DNA of 49,465 nucleotides from an uncultured Parcubacteria group bacterium (lineage in GTDB: Bacteria > Patescibacteriota > Minisyncoccia > UBA6257 > 2-01-FULL-56-20): positions 1 to 49,465 of the forward strand of contig CAJAQL010000005.1 of the NCBI GenBank assembly GCA_903944135.1. The letters run 5' to 3'. Shown here in pieces: positions 1 to 8,664 of this stretch. Below the pieces are notes generated by a model. That model saw only the letters and a program-made list of their open reading frames with translations, had not been told where the DNA came from and searched no databases. Within the stretch, counting starts at the first letter, position 1. Each line of letters begins with the position of its first letter. The position numbers and the translations under genes are program-made.

Positions 1-377
1 GAACTTTATTTATTAAGGAGCCTTGCGATATAACTAAATAGGGAATGCCAAGGGGGCAATTTTGTTTAGGTGCCGTAATAATGAATGAAAACTTCTTGGG
101 CAAGCCATTTTCGGTTTTCGGAAAAGGGGTTAAAAAATGTCAGTGTGTGGATAATTTTTATACCATTTGCATAAAAAATGAGATATCATTTTCTTATGAG
201 TCCCAATAAAGAAAATTTCATTTAGATGCGAACGTGGGGTCGCAAAAGAGTGCCCTTCTGGTGGCGAGCAACTTAAGTTTTATGATATAGCCGTTATTAA
301 AAAGAAATATTATTGATCTAGAATGAAGAAGCGGAGATATTAAAAAAGTGTTGAGCAACTCTTAAGAATCTAAAAAC

Positions 378-1640
378 ATGGCACAACAAAAGATCGAGAA
401 TATTAAAGTCAGTGCATTACGATTATGGTCGGAAAATCCACGTGATCCAATAAGCCCAGAGAGCACTGACTTTGACATTATAAAACGAGCTATTAATGAT
501 AACTCTGAAGATTGGAATTTGGATAAAATGGTGAATGAGATGGGTTCTCATTACGATTTCAGTGAGATTCCTACTGTAGTATATCTCAGTGGTATACCCG
601 TTGTGTTTGATGGCAATCGCCGTGTCGCAGTGCTCAAATATCTCCAAGATAAAAAGCTCTATCTATCGCTTACGAATAAGCTTTTTCCAAAGAGCGATGG
701 TCCCAAGGAACTTTGCGAGCTGCGAGAAATACCCTGTAATGTGTGCGATAAAGATACGGCACTTACTAATATTGAAAGAAAACACGTTAATAATGGATCA
801 TGGGGAACTCTCCAGCGAGAGTACTTTTTACATCAACATCGTGGGCAGCCCAAGAGCTTATTCCTTGTTATTGAAGAGCAAACGAAACTTATTAGTACCC
901 ACCCAGATCTTAACCAGGGCTTTGTAAGAGATGAGGTTTTTACCGAGAAGAATCTCAAGGAGATTGGTTTCGGTATGCAAAACGGAAAGCTTGTTTCTGG
1001 CTATAATGACGAAGAGCAGGAAAAAATATTAGAACAGGCTGTCTTGCTTGTTGAGGATAAAGAAATAACAACTCGCAAACATAGGGGTTCATTGAAGCAG
1101 GCATTATTGGAGAAACATCCAGATAGTAAGGAAATACTTACTGTCTTTGATGGTAATAAAAAAGTTGAGATGGTGAATTGTGAATTTCCTCAGGTAGTCC
1201 GCCGAACGCAGCGCGTGACCGGTCAAGACCCTATTTTTTTTGGTAAATGCTTATCGTTAAAGCCGGGAGATGTTAATAACCTCTATCGGGATATTGTCGA
1301 TTTGTATTCCTTTTATCACAACAAAAAAAGCGGGCTTTCGAAGAGTTTTCCCGCTCTTATACGAATGTCACTTCGTTTGATTGTTGAATCGGCAGCTGTT
1401 AATGAAAAGATCGAAGATTATGTGCCTGCTCATTTCGAAGCGGCAAAGAAGGCGCTTTCTCAAGATCAAAAAACCACTCTCTCCACTCAAGAGGTGAATA
1501 CTCCAGAGAAGCTTGTTAAGCTTTTAAATATCGGTGCGCATAAATATACAGCTTCAGCAAATATGGATCAGACGATGACAATGTCTGTCATTATTGGTGT
1601 TATGCTGGAAAAGACACACCCAAAGAAGAAAAAAGGATGA
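378..1640 (+). CDS. ParB/Srx-fold (ParB-like nuclease domain) protein with about 290 aa of uncharacterised C-terminal region
   Basis: The N-terminus IKVSALRLWSENPRDPI ... VVFDGNRRVAVLKYL resembles the ParB/sulfiredoxin-fold boxes. The stop overlaps the next start (ATGA at 1637-1640). Confidence 0.6.
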   Translation: MAQQKIENIKVSALRLWSENPRDPISPESTDFDIIKRAINDNSEDWNLDKMVNEMGSHYDFSEIPTVVYLSGIPVVFDGNRRVAVLKYLQDKKLYLSLTNKLFPKSDGPKELCELREIPCNVCDKDTALTNIERKHVNNGSWGTLQREYFLHQHRGQPKSLFLVIEEQTKLISTHPDLNQGFVRDEVFTEKNLKEIGFGMQNGKLVSGYNDEEQEKILEQAVLLVEDKEITTRKHRGSLKQALLEKHPDSKEILTVFDGNKKVEMVNCEFPQVVRRTQRVTGQDPIFFGKCLSLKPGDVNNLYRDIVDLYSFYHNKKSGLSKSFPALIRMSLRLIVESAAVNEKIEDYVPAHFEAAKKALSQDQKTTLSTQEVNTPEKLVKLLNIGAHKYTASANMDQTMTMSVIIGVMLEKTHPKKKKG

Positions 1641-2497
1641 GATTTTATTCACCACTGAGATATCCTGGGGGGAAAAATAGACTCGCAAAGTTTATTGCCT
1701 TGCTTTGCGAGACGAATAGGATAACGGACCAAAAGGGACATTATGTGGAGCCATATGCAGGAGGGGCTTCAGTTGCTCTACATCTGTTGTTCGAGGGTTA
1801 TGTATCAGAAGTAACAATAAACGACAGCGATAGATCTATATATGCATTTTGGCATACCGTGCTTTATGACGCTGACAAATTGATAAACAAGATTCGCTAT
1901 GCCAGGGTCAATGAAAGAACATGGCGGAAATGTAGAGAAGTGCAACAAAAGAAAGTAGAAGCGTCACTTTTTGAACTTGGTTACTCGACCTTCTTTCTTA
2001 ATCGAACGAATGTATCAGGTATTATAGACGGAGGGATGATTGGTGGTTTTAAGCAGGCCGGGGAATATAAAATAGGTTGTCGTTTCAATAAAAAAGAGTT
2101 GATTAATAGAATACGTACAATAGCTAAATATAAAGATCGGATACATCTATTCAATCTCGACGCACTCGATTTGATAAGGCAAATCGAAAAGAATGATTCG
2201 CCAAATATTATCTTCTACTTCGATCCTCCATATTACTTAAAAGGTCCCTCGCTATATTTAAATAGTTATGACTACTCTGATCATGAAAAAGTGCGTGAAG
2301 CTATCGGTGGGATAGGAAATGCGAAGTGGCTTATTTCGTATGATGCGGCGAAGGAGATAAAGAGTCTCTATCGTGGATACAGAAAAATTGAATATTCACT
2401 TCTTCATACAGCTCGCACTGCTAGAATGGGGGAAGAGATACTCTTTCTTAGCCCTAATATGTTCATCCCCCAGATTACTGACCCAACTAAGGTATAA
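1637..2497 (+). CDS. N6-adenine DNA methyltransferase, Dam/D12 class
   Basis: Contains RYPGGKNRLAKFI, VEPYAGGASV (AdoMet-binding motif) and FYFDPPY (DPPY catalytic motif). Confidence 0.85.
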   Translation: MRFYSPLRYPGGKNRLAKFIALLCETNRITDQKGHYVEPYAGGASVALHLLFEGYVSEVTINDSDRSIYAFWHTVLYDADKLINKIRYARVNERTWRKCREVQQKKVEASLFELGYSTFFLNRTNVSGIIDGGMIGGFKQAGEYKIGCRFNKKELINRIRTIAKYKDRIHLFNLDALDLIRQIEKNDSPNIIFYFDPPYYLKGPSLYLNSYDYSDHEKVREAIGGIGNAKWLISYDAAKEIKSLYRGYRKIEYSLLHTARTARMGEEILFLSPNMFIPQITDPTKV

Positions 2498-2770
2498 ATT
2501 ATATTCTCTAGGGAGCGAAAGTATCGACAAATATCAAAATAACCAAAATCCGCATTTTATTGAAAAACCGCGGAAAATAATCCCGAAATAGATATATCTA
2601 TCATCTCTTGTTTTGCCTCCAAATTAAGACTATTCGAGGTTTTTTATAAGAAAAAAGAAAACATAAGCCAAGATGTACCCTACGAGGTATGTCTCCTTTC
2701 CGTCTTTAATTAAAATCTATATACGCATCTCAAATTTCATATCTCCCAAAAAGGAATCCCAACCCCTTAT

Positions 2771-3139
2771 TTAGCCGAATATCCCAAAGAGTTTTTTCGT
2801 TTTTCCGTCCTTGTCTAAATAGTTATAGATTGATTCCCCAAATTTCAACTGAAACGCCGTTCGTATCATTGCCAGTTTTTCTTGAACTAATTTTTCTGAG
2901 CCATCAATCATAGCTTGGAATAGCAGAGCGCTTATTCCGGGAGGGAGCAGGTTGCTTTCTAGCCTATCCTCCATCTGTTCTTTGGTTTTTTCCCAATCTT
3001 TGACATAGACACTATGGGTCTTGGCCATCTGGAAGGTTATGTCGCAATTTTTAATGAGATCTGCGGCTTGGGTCATTTCTGCCAGCTCCGCCTGCGCCAG
3101 AAAGGCTTTTAGATATTCTTGTTCTTTTTCTGAAAGCAT
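2771..3139 (-). CDS. hypothetical protein (122 aa)
   Basis: Clean ORF in the AT-rich island with no recognisable motif. Confidence 0.4.
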   Translation of the reverse strand: MLSEKEQEYLKAFLAQAELAEMTQAADLIKNCDITFQMAKTHSVYVKDWEKTKEQMEDRLESNLLPPGISALLFQAMIDGSEKLVQEKLAMIRTAFQLKFGESIYNYLDKDGKTKKLFGIFG

Positions 3140-3229
3140 GGATTTATCTTTGTAGTAGTTTTTATCGTTTTGTGTACGGAATAGATATTCTTCTTCCGTA
3201 TTATCTTTCTGAGAAAATTCCTATATTTT

Positions 3230-3748
3230 TCATTGAGGTGTCGTATTAGAGAGATGAGTTGCAGAGAATGGGCACTGTTTCCTTGTATACAGTTCAAACA
3301 AGAAAGCAGAGTTTTCGTTATAGCCAGAAGCACGAAGATTATCTATTATATTTTCTGGCAATTTGCACTCCGCATAGTTAATTCCCTTATCTACGTCGGT
3401 TGTTGTGCTTGTTATAGCTCCATTGGAATCTATATTAGCAACATACTCTCCGGCTGGAATATCACTAGGAGCACCATCTGATCGAACTGCTGTCTGCTGA
3501 TTTGTCGTTGTGCTATTTTCTATAGTAACCGATTGAGGGCTGTTTTCTACGGAATTGCTTTGATTATTTAGTAAAGGGGTAACGAGGTCACTTGATGTCG
3601 CTTGCTGTAATGCGGTGTCGGCGATCGACATCGCTTGGCTGGCAAAAGACAATGCCTGTTGTTTTAGCTGTGCATTTGCTTCAAGCCCTGGCGCGGTGAG
3701 CAGGCTCAATGCCATTTGAAGTACGAGAATAACAGATGCAAAATTCAT
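3230..3748 (-). CDS. hypothetical secreted protein (172 aa)
   Basis: Signal-peptide-like N-terminus MNFASVILVLQMALSLLTAPGLEA followed by a Ser/Thr/Asn-rich region. Confidence 0.45.
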   Translation of the reverse strand: MNFASVILVLQMALSLLTAPGLEANAQLKQQALSFASQAMSIADTALQQATSSDLVTPLLNNQSNSVENSPQSVTIENSTTTNQQTAVRSDGAPSDIPAGEYVANIDSNGAITSTTTDVDKGINYAECKLPENIIDNLRASGYNENSAFLFELYTRKQCPFSATHLSNTTPQ

Positions 3749-4038
3749 AGATTTGAAATGTTTATTTAATTTTGAAAGTGCTGGCTAGAATCGGCCTTTT
3801 TAAACACAAAGCTCCCAGCCAGATTCATATACCTTTCGGTGTACGGCCTACAACGGCGCTCTGACTAGGAGCTTTCTACGTTGTAGGACTTTGCGCCATG
3901 CCCCGATTGCTCAAGGTTTAGGCGACTCTATTAAGTTGTAATTTAATGTTGCCACGAAAAGGTTTTAAAAGCCAATACTTCTAGAGAGGAAATTTAAAGA
4001 GATAGGGTAAAATCATTAAAAAGTTAGGGAAATGGCTC

Positions 4039-4067
4039 TTGACTTTTATCAGAAAGTGTGGTACAAT
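4039..4067 (+). promoter_or_regulatory. sigma70-type promoter for the rightward island operon
   Basis: TTGACT (4039-4044), 17-nt spacer, TGgTACAAT (extended -10, TACAAT at 4062-4067). Confidence 0.55.
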
Positions 4068-4192
4068 GCAAATGCGGGTTAAAAGACGGGTTAACCTGAG
4101 TTTCTACAATATTTCAGCCTAATTATCGAGGGGGGCGATCTTTGGGATGTATTATTAACCAAAGGTCGCTTTTTAGTACTTTTAAAAAATTA

Positions 4193-4495
4193 ATGAAGTC
4201 CATTAAAATAAGATTTCAATATTTTGCCAAGGCAAAAAATGGGTGGAGCACTTATACTTGTTTTGCGTACGCAATCCAAGGTATGCATTTCAGTCGGTAT
4301 AGTGTCCGTGAGTGGTTTAATAAATTAGTCGATTTAGAGGATTATCTACAAAAAGATAAAAAAGGCGTCCTAGACTTTTTAATGATGCTAAATAATAGCC
4401 CCAGGAGCCAACTTTTAAGGGGCAAAACGATGCTAGACGCGATTATTTTATCGCAGACGGGTAAATCCTCATTTTCAAACAAAAAGGTCAAATAA
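4193..4495 (+). CDS. hypothetical protein
   Basis: The ORF opens at TTG 4142 and the first ATG is at 4193. It lies downstream of the 4039-4067 promoter. No recognisable motif. Confidence 0.35.
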   Translation: MKSIKIRFQYFAKAKNGWSTYTCFAYAIQGMHFSRYSVREWFNKLVDLEDYLQKDKKGVLDFLMMLNNSPRSQLLRGKTMLDAIILSQTGKSSFSNKKVK

Positions 4496-4562
4496 AAGAG
4501 AATTTTTATAAAAAATAAGTAGAGATGCGTTTTGCAATTTTTACATTGAGAGTCAGTTTAAT

Positions 4563-4808
4563 ATGAGGGCGATAGACAAAAAATTTTCAGTAGAAAAATT
4601 AAAGGAAATAGATTCAAAATTAGCAGATCTTTCAGAATCCGAAATTATAGAAATTCGTGACTCTCTTTACGATCTGGGCCAACTTATCTTTGATGATTGG
4701 CTGGAAAATGGGAGCGGTTCCAAATATCCGGTTAGGTCATTACCAATATTGTGGAATGATAATAAAATTAAGCTATGCCAATTACGAGCACTCAGACAAA
4801 GGGAATAA
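4563..4808 (+). CDS. hypothetical small acidic protein, overlaps the recombinase start
   Basis: 81-aa ORF whose 3' end overlaps the start of the recombinase gene by 34 nt. An accessory or directionality role is speculative only. Confidence 0.35.
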   Translation: MRAIDKKFSVEKLKEIDSKLADLSESEIIEIRDSLYDLGQLIFDDWLENGSGSKYPVRSLPILWNDNKIKLCQLRALRQRE

Positions 4809-6169
4809 TTTATTGCCGCGTTTCTTCCAAGGAACAGGTTGAGGGAACGAGCTTGGATATGCAAGAACGGGTGTGTCGTGAATGGGCCGGTAAAAGGGGC
4901 ATTGAGGTTCTAGGGGTATTTGTGGATAAGGGTGAATCTGCAAAGACAGCGAACCGGCCCGAATTTTTGAAGGCGATTGGTTTCTGCTCTAAAAAGAAAA
5001 ACAGCGTCAATTTTTTCATTGTCTACAAGGTGGATCGCTTTGCAAGAAATCAGAATGACCACGTAACAGTTCGTGAGGTATTGAAACGGGTCGGCACGGA
5101 ATTACGTTCAGTTACTGAACCGATCAATGAGGAACCGATGGGTAAGGCAATGGAAGGTATGATGTCTGTCTTTGCAGAACTCGACAATAATCTGCGGGCC
5201 GAGCGATGCAAGAATGGCATGATGGAACGAGTGAAAGAGGGTGTTTGGGTATGGCCCGCTCCGATCGGTTACTATCGGCCGCGCAAAGGTGGGAATATAG
5301 CTCCCGATCCGACAACGAAGGACTACATAACCCTTATTTTCCAAGAATGGGCCAAGGGAACGCATACCTATCGTTCCTTGGCTCAATTCATGGCTGAGCG
5401 TGGTTTCCGGACGCATCATGGCAGGAAGCCGTTTTCTCAATTTATCGAGAGCATTATCAGAAACGAGGTGTATTGCGGTTATATTAATTCGTGGGGTATG
5501 CGCGTGAAAGGTACCGGCACATTCGAGCCAATCGTCAGTGAAGAATTATTCTTACGGTGCCAGCACAAGAACAAGACCCTTATGGGGCCGCGAAAAACAG
5601 GGAATCCCGATTTTCCATTGCGACGAACAATTTGCTTAGGTTGCATGGGTTCTCTTACGGCAAGCTATTCACACGGGAATGGTGGCGCATATCCGTATTA
5701 CCATCATCATGCGCATCACAATTGCTCACTGGCGAGGTTCATTCCGAAAGAAACTTTTGAGCAGTTGTTTTTGAAATATCTCCACGGGATCTCGCCTGAT
5801 AAGAAATATGAAAAATGGTTCAAGGCGATCATGCTCGACATCTGGCAGTCGAATTTCAAGAAGTTTGACGAGATGAACGGAACCGTCCAGAAAGAGATCG
5901 GTCAGCTTGAACAGGAGCGGCAGAAAATCTTTGAGGCCCAGCGTCGCAGCGTATATAGCGACGAAGAGTTTTTAGAGCAGAAGAATCTCATCAATCAGAG
6001 GATCAACGAGAAAACTCAGCTTTTGGTCGATAACCGTATCGAAGAATTCAATATGGATGAAGCGTTAACGTATTGCTTCAACTTCGTGCGTGATAGTGCG
6101 AAAACGTGGCTTCGGTTGAAGTACGAGCCAAGGATTCGGTTCCAAAAAAATATCTGTCCCGAAAAATAG
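4775..6169 (+). CDS. large serine recombinase (resolvase/invertase catalytic domain, recombinase domain, Cys/His-rich zinc ribbon, coiled coil)
   Basis: IIYCRVSSKEQ catalytic Ser motif, VDRFARN, Cys/His cluster CLGCMG...HHHAHHNC, and C-terminal coiled-coil-like QKEIGQLEQERQKIFEAQ. Confidence 0.9.
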   Translation: MPITSTQTKGIIYCRVSSKEQVEGTSLDMQERVCREWAGKRGIEVLGVFVDKGESAKTANRPEFLKAIGFCSKKKNSVNFFIVYKVDRFARNQNDHVTVREVLKRVGTELRSVTEPINEEPMGKAMEGMMSVFAELDNNLRAERCKNGMMERVKEGVWVWPAPIGYYRPRKGGNIAPDPTTKDYITLIFQEWAKGTHTYRSLAQFMAERGFRTHHGRKPFSQFIESIIRNEVYCGYINSWGMRVKGTGTFEPIVSEELFLRCQHKNKTLMGPRKTGNPDFPLRRTICLGCMGSLTASYSHGNGGAYPYYHHHAHHNCSLARFIPKETFEQLFLKYLHGISPDKKYEKWFKAIMLDIWQSNFKKFDEMNGTVQKEIGQLEQERQKIFEAQRRSVYSDEEFLEQKNLINQRINEKTQLLVDNRIEEFNMDEALTYCFNFVRDSAKTWLRLKYEPRIRFQKNICPEK

Positions 6170-6254
6170 ACGTTCGACGGAGAAAAATTTGGAACCACGA
6201 AATTGTCTAAGATTTATGCCCTTAATCAGGAATATGACGGTGAAAAATCCAATC

Positions 6255-6329
6255 TGGTGGACCGGAGGGGAGTCGGACCCCTGACCTCCTCATTGCAAAT
6301 GAGGCGTTCTACCACTGAACTACCGGCCC
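6255..6329 (-). tRNA. tRNA-Ala (anticodon UGC), CCA encoded
   Basis: Reverse complement GGGCCGGTAGTTCAGTGGTAGAACGCCTCATTTGCAATGAGGAGGTCAGGGGTCCGACTCCCCTCCGGTCCACCA folds as a cloverleaf. It has the G3:U70 Ala identity pair and anticodon loop TTTGCAA. Confidence 0.9.
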
Positions 6330-6341
6330 GAAAACAAATCT

Positions 6342-6370
6342 ATTGTAGCTTGACGCGTTAAAAATGCAAA
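6342..6370 (-). promoter_or_regulatory. candidate promoter of tRNA-Ala
   Basis: On the minus strand: TTTGCA, 17 nt, TACAAT, ending about 12 nt before tRNA position 1. Confidence 0.4.
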
Positions 6371-6449
6371 GTATAAAAGAGTTTTATGGGATCCGTTGTT
6401 GCAAAATTCGTCTTACTGCCGGGGTGAATTTTGAGGCGGACGCAAGAAC

Positions 6450-6478
6450 TTGCTTAAAATGGAAAATGGCATTATAAT
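6450..6478 (+). promoter_or_regulatory. promoter of rpmE (leaderless geometry)
   Basis: TTGCTT (6450-6455), 17-nt spacer, TATAAT (6473-6478), then 7 nt to ATG 6486. Confidence 0.55.
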
Positions 6479-6485
6479 AAGCCTT

Positions 6486-6737
6486 ATGAAAAAAGATATC
6501 CATCCGACCTATTTCCCTGAAGCAAAAGTGATCTGTGCTTGCGGCAATTCGTTTACCGTAGGGGCGACCAAGCCCGAGATCCGCGTTGAGATCTGCGCAA
6601 AGTGCCATCCGTTCTATACCGGCGAAGAGAAATTGCTCGACGTCGCAGGACGGGTCGAGAAGTTCAAGGCGCGCCGCGAAAAGGCATCCGCCACTCCGAA
6701 GAAGGTGAAGAAAGTGCGCGCGAAAAAAACAGAATAA
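6486..6737 (+). CDS. rpmE: 50S ribosomal protein L31 (Zn-binding type)
   Basis: [23 protein letters not shown]...[13 protein letters not shown]. The ORF opens at 6450 but the conserved N-terminus starts at 6486. Confidence 0.9.
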   Translation: MKKDIHPTYFPEAKVICACGNSFTVGATKPEIRVEICAKCHPFYTGEEKLLDVAGRVEKFKARREKASATPKKVKKVRAKKTE

Positions 6738-6751
6738 TCCTGAATCTGAAG

Positions 6752-6790
6752 AACGTCCTCAAGCATCCGATGCTCCGGGGGCGTTTTTTT
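6752..6790 (+). terminator. intrinsic terminator after rpmE
   Basis: AACGTCC...GGGCGTT stem enclosing the AGCATC/GATGCT palindrome, followed by a T7 run. Confidence 0.5.
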
Positions 6791-6804
6791 ATACCGGTTA
6801 TTTC

Positions 6805-6813
6805 TGCTATAAT
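6805..6813 (+). promoter_or_regulatory. extended -10 box 6 nt upstream of the pilB GTG
   Basis: TGcTATAAT, then gagaac, then GTG at 6820. Confidence 0.5.
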
Positions 6814-6819
6814 GAGAAC

Positions 6820-8541
6820 GTGAAACTTCCTATTTCTTCCGATCAGTTGAAGGCAGTGCTTATCTCCGAGGGGCTTGTGACGGCGGATGTTTTTGATCGT
6901 CTTTTGGAAGAGGCCCAGAGAAAGGGGCAGGACATCGTCGACGTCCTTGTCTCGAACCATATTGCCGAAAAGGGGTATCTCGACGATGCGGTGGCTAAAG
7001 CGCTTGGTGTTCCAAGGATCACGCTTGCGGCGAGTTCCATTGATAAGGACGTTTTGAAACTGCTCTCTGAGGGAGTTGCCCGCGATCGCCAGGCGGTGAT
7101 CTTTCGCCGCGAAGAGGATGGCACGTTCGATGTGGCCATGGCGAACCCTTCGGATCTTGAAACCATCGAATTTCTCACGACGCGCTTGAAGGCCCGCGTG
7201 AAACCGTTCCTTGCGACCCAGGATGATCTGAACCAGGGTTTTTCGGTGTATGGCTACGAGGTCGAGCAGGATTTCAAGAAGATCATCGAGGATAATATAC
7301 GGAACTCTCTCGCGAACCAGTTGGGAAAAAATATGACGGACGTGGCGTCCCAGCTTCCCGTGATGGGCGTGGTGGAAAATATTCTTTCCTATGCCATGGC
7401 GTCGCGCGCATCAGACATCCATATCGAAATACTTGAAGATGCCACGTTCATCCGTTATCGCATTGACGGCATTCTTTATGAAGTGATGTCGATCACAAAG
7501 GCGATCCATCCGGCGATCGTCGCGCGCATCAAGCTTCTCGCGGGACTGAAGATCGACGAGCACTACGCGCCGCAGGATGGGCGGTTCCGCTATCAGGTCG
7601 GCAATCAGACGATCGATATCCGTGTTTCCGTCATTCCTACGTTTTACGGCGAAAAAGTGGAAATGCGTCTTCTCGAATCATCGCAGAAGCCGTTGTCCCT
7701 CGAGGAGATCGGCATGTCGCCCGAGGCCGTGAAGGTCGTCTCGGAAAATCTCAAGAGATCCTACGGCATGATCTTATCCTGCGGTCCGACCGGTTCCGGA
7801 AAATCGACGACGCTATATGCTTTGATGAACATCCTGAACCGTCCGCAGGTCAATGTCACCACGATCGAAGACCCGATCGAATACAATATGCGCTATGTGA
7901 ACCAGACGCAGATCAATCCTCAGGCCGGCATCACGTTCGCTTCGGGTCTCCGTTCGCTCCTGCGTCAGGACCCGAACGTCATCATGGTCGGCGAGATCCG
8001 CGATGCGGAAACGGCTGATATCTCCGTGCAGGCGGCCCTCACCGGCCACTTGATCCTTTCGTCGCTCCACACGAACGATGCGCCGACCGCCGTGCCGCGC
8101 TTCTTCGATCTGAACGTGCCGCCGTATCTTGTCGCTTCCGTTTTGAGCTTGGTGGTCGCCCAACGTTTGGTGCGAAAGATCTGTCCCTCGTGCATCTATT
8201 CTTATGATGCCGATGAGCATATCGCTTCGGTCATCAAATCCCAGCGCCGCGAACTCGGCATTTCCGACGAAGAAAGCATCACTATCCCGAAAACATTCTA
8301 TCGCGGGAAAGGATGTTCCGTGTGCGGCATGACCGGCTATATCGGCCGCAGCGGTATCTTTGAGGTGCTTGAAGTGAACGATGAAGTGAAAAAAACGATT
8401 GACAGCGATCATTTCGACATCGATGAATTGCGTGCTGAAGCGCGCCGAAACGGCATGGTGACCATGTTCGAGGACGGACTTCGAAAAGTTGAGCTTGCCG
8501 AGACGACGATCGACGAGGTTCTCCGCGTGATCCGTGAATAA
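6820..8541 (+). CDS. pilB: type IV pilus assembly ATPase PilB (GspE family)
   Basis: T2SSE N-terminal-like region, Walker A GPTGSGKSTT, MVGEIRD, LTGHLILSSLHTND, and a CxxC...CxxC tetracysteine motif. Confidence 0.9.
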   Translation: MKLPISSDQLKAVLISEGLVTADVFDRLLEEAQRKGQDIVDVLVSNHIAEKGYLDDAVAKALGVPRITLAASSIDKDVLKLLSEGVARDRQAVIFRREEDGTFDVAMANPSDLETIEFLTTRLKARVKPFLATQDDLNQGFSVYGYEVEQDFKKIIEDNIRNSLANQLGKNMTDVASQLPVMGVVENILSYAMASRASDIHIEILEDATFIRYRIDGILYEVMSITKAIHPAIVARIKLLAGLKIDEHYAPQDGRFRYQVGNQTIDIRVSVIPTFYGEKVEMRLLESSQKPLSLEEIGMSPEAVKVVSENLKRSYGMILSCGPTGSGKSTTLYALMNILNRPQVNVTTIEDPIEYNMRYVNQTQINPQAGITFASGLRSLLRQDPNVIMVGEIRDAETADISVQAALTGHLILSSLHTNDAPTAVPRFFDLNVPPYLVASVLSLVVAQRLVRKICPSCIYSYDADEHIASVIKSQRRELGISDEESITIPKTFYRGKGCSVCGMTGYIGRSGIFEVLEVNDEVKKTIDSDHFDIDELRAEARRNGMVTMFEDGLRKVELAETTIDEVLRVIRE

Positions 8542-8543
8542 TA

Positions 8544-8599
8544 GAATCTATCTCAAAAAGTCCCCACGATATCCAGATGCCTGTTTTTGAGATAGGTTC
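8544..8599. repeat. inverted repeat of the CCTATCTCAAAAA family
   Basis: GAATCTATCTCAAAAA ... TTTTTGAGATAGGTTC flank 24 nt, directly after the pilB stop. Confidence 0.7.
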
Positions 8600-8664
8600 T
8601 AGTGTTATAATACTGAAGTATTCCGGAGTTACCTCGTTTGCAACATTAGAACGCTCATATATTT

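Larger units (their letters stand above)
1..6254. mobile_element. AT-rich genomic island with large serine recombinase; right end abuts 3' end of tRNA-Ala, left end beyond window
   Basis: Visibly AT-rich compared with sequence from about 6255 on. The recombinase is the last gene before the tRNA. I saw none of the GC-rich palindromic repeats that fill the rest of the window. Confidence 0.5.

Noticed and set aside
1-6254. The island as a prophage
   Set aside because: No capsid, terminase, tail or lysis genes are visible in the 6 kb present. Only a recombinase and cargo-like genes are seen, though the left part lies outside the window and the question remains open.
7813-8412. Long antisense or alternative-frame ORFs inside pilB, pilC, murA, the ABC genes and others (for example 7813-8412, 22432-22971, 27879-28514, 32415-33035, 41130-41858)
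   Set aside because: They are Arg/Pro/His-rich shadow ORFs typical of GC-rich DNA. They fully overlap well-supported genes on the other strand or frame and have no recognisable motifs.
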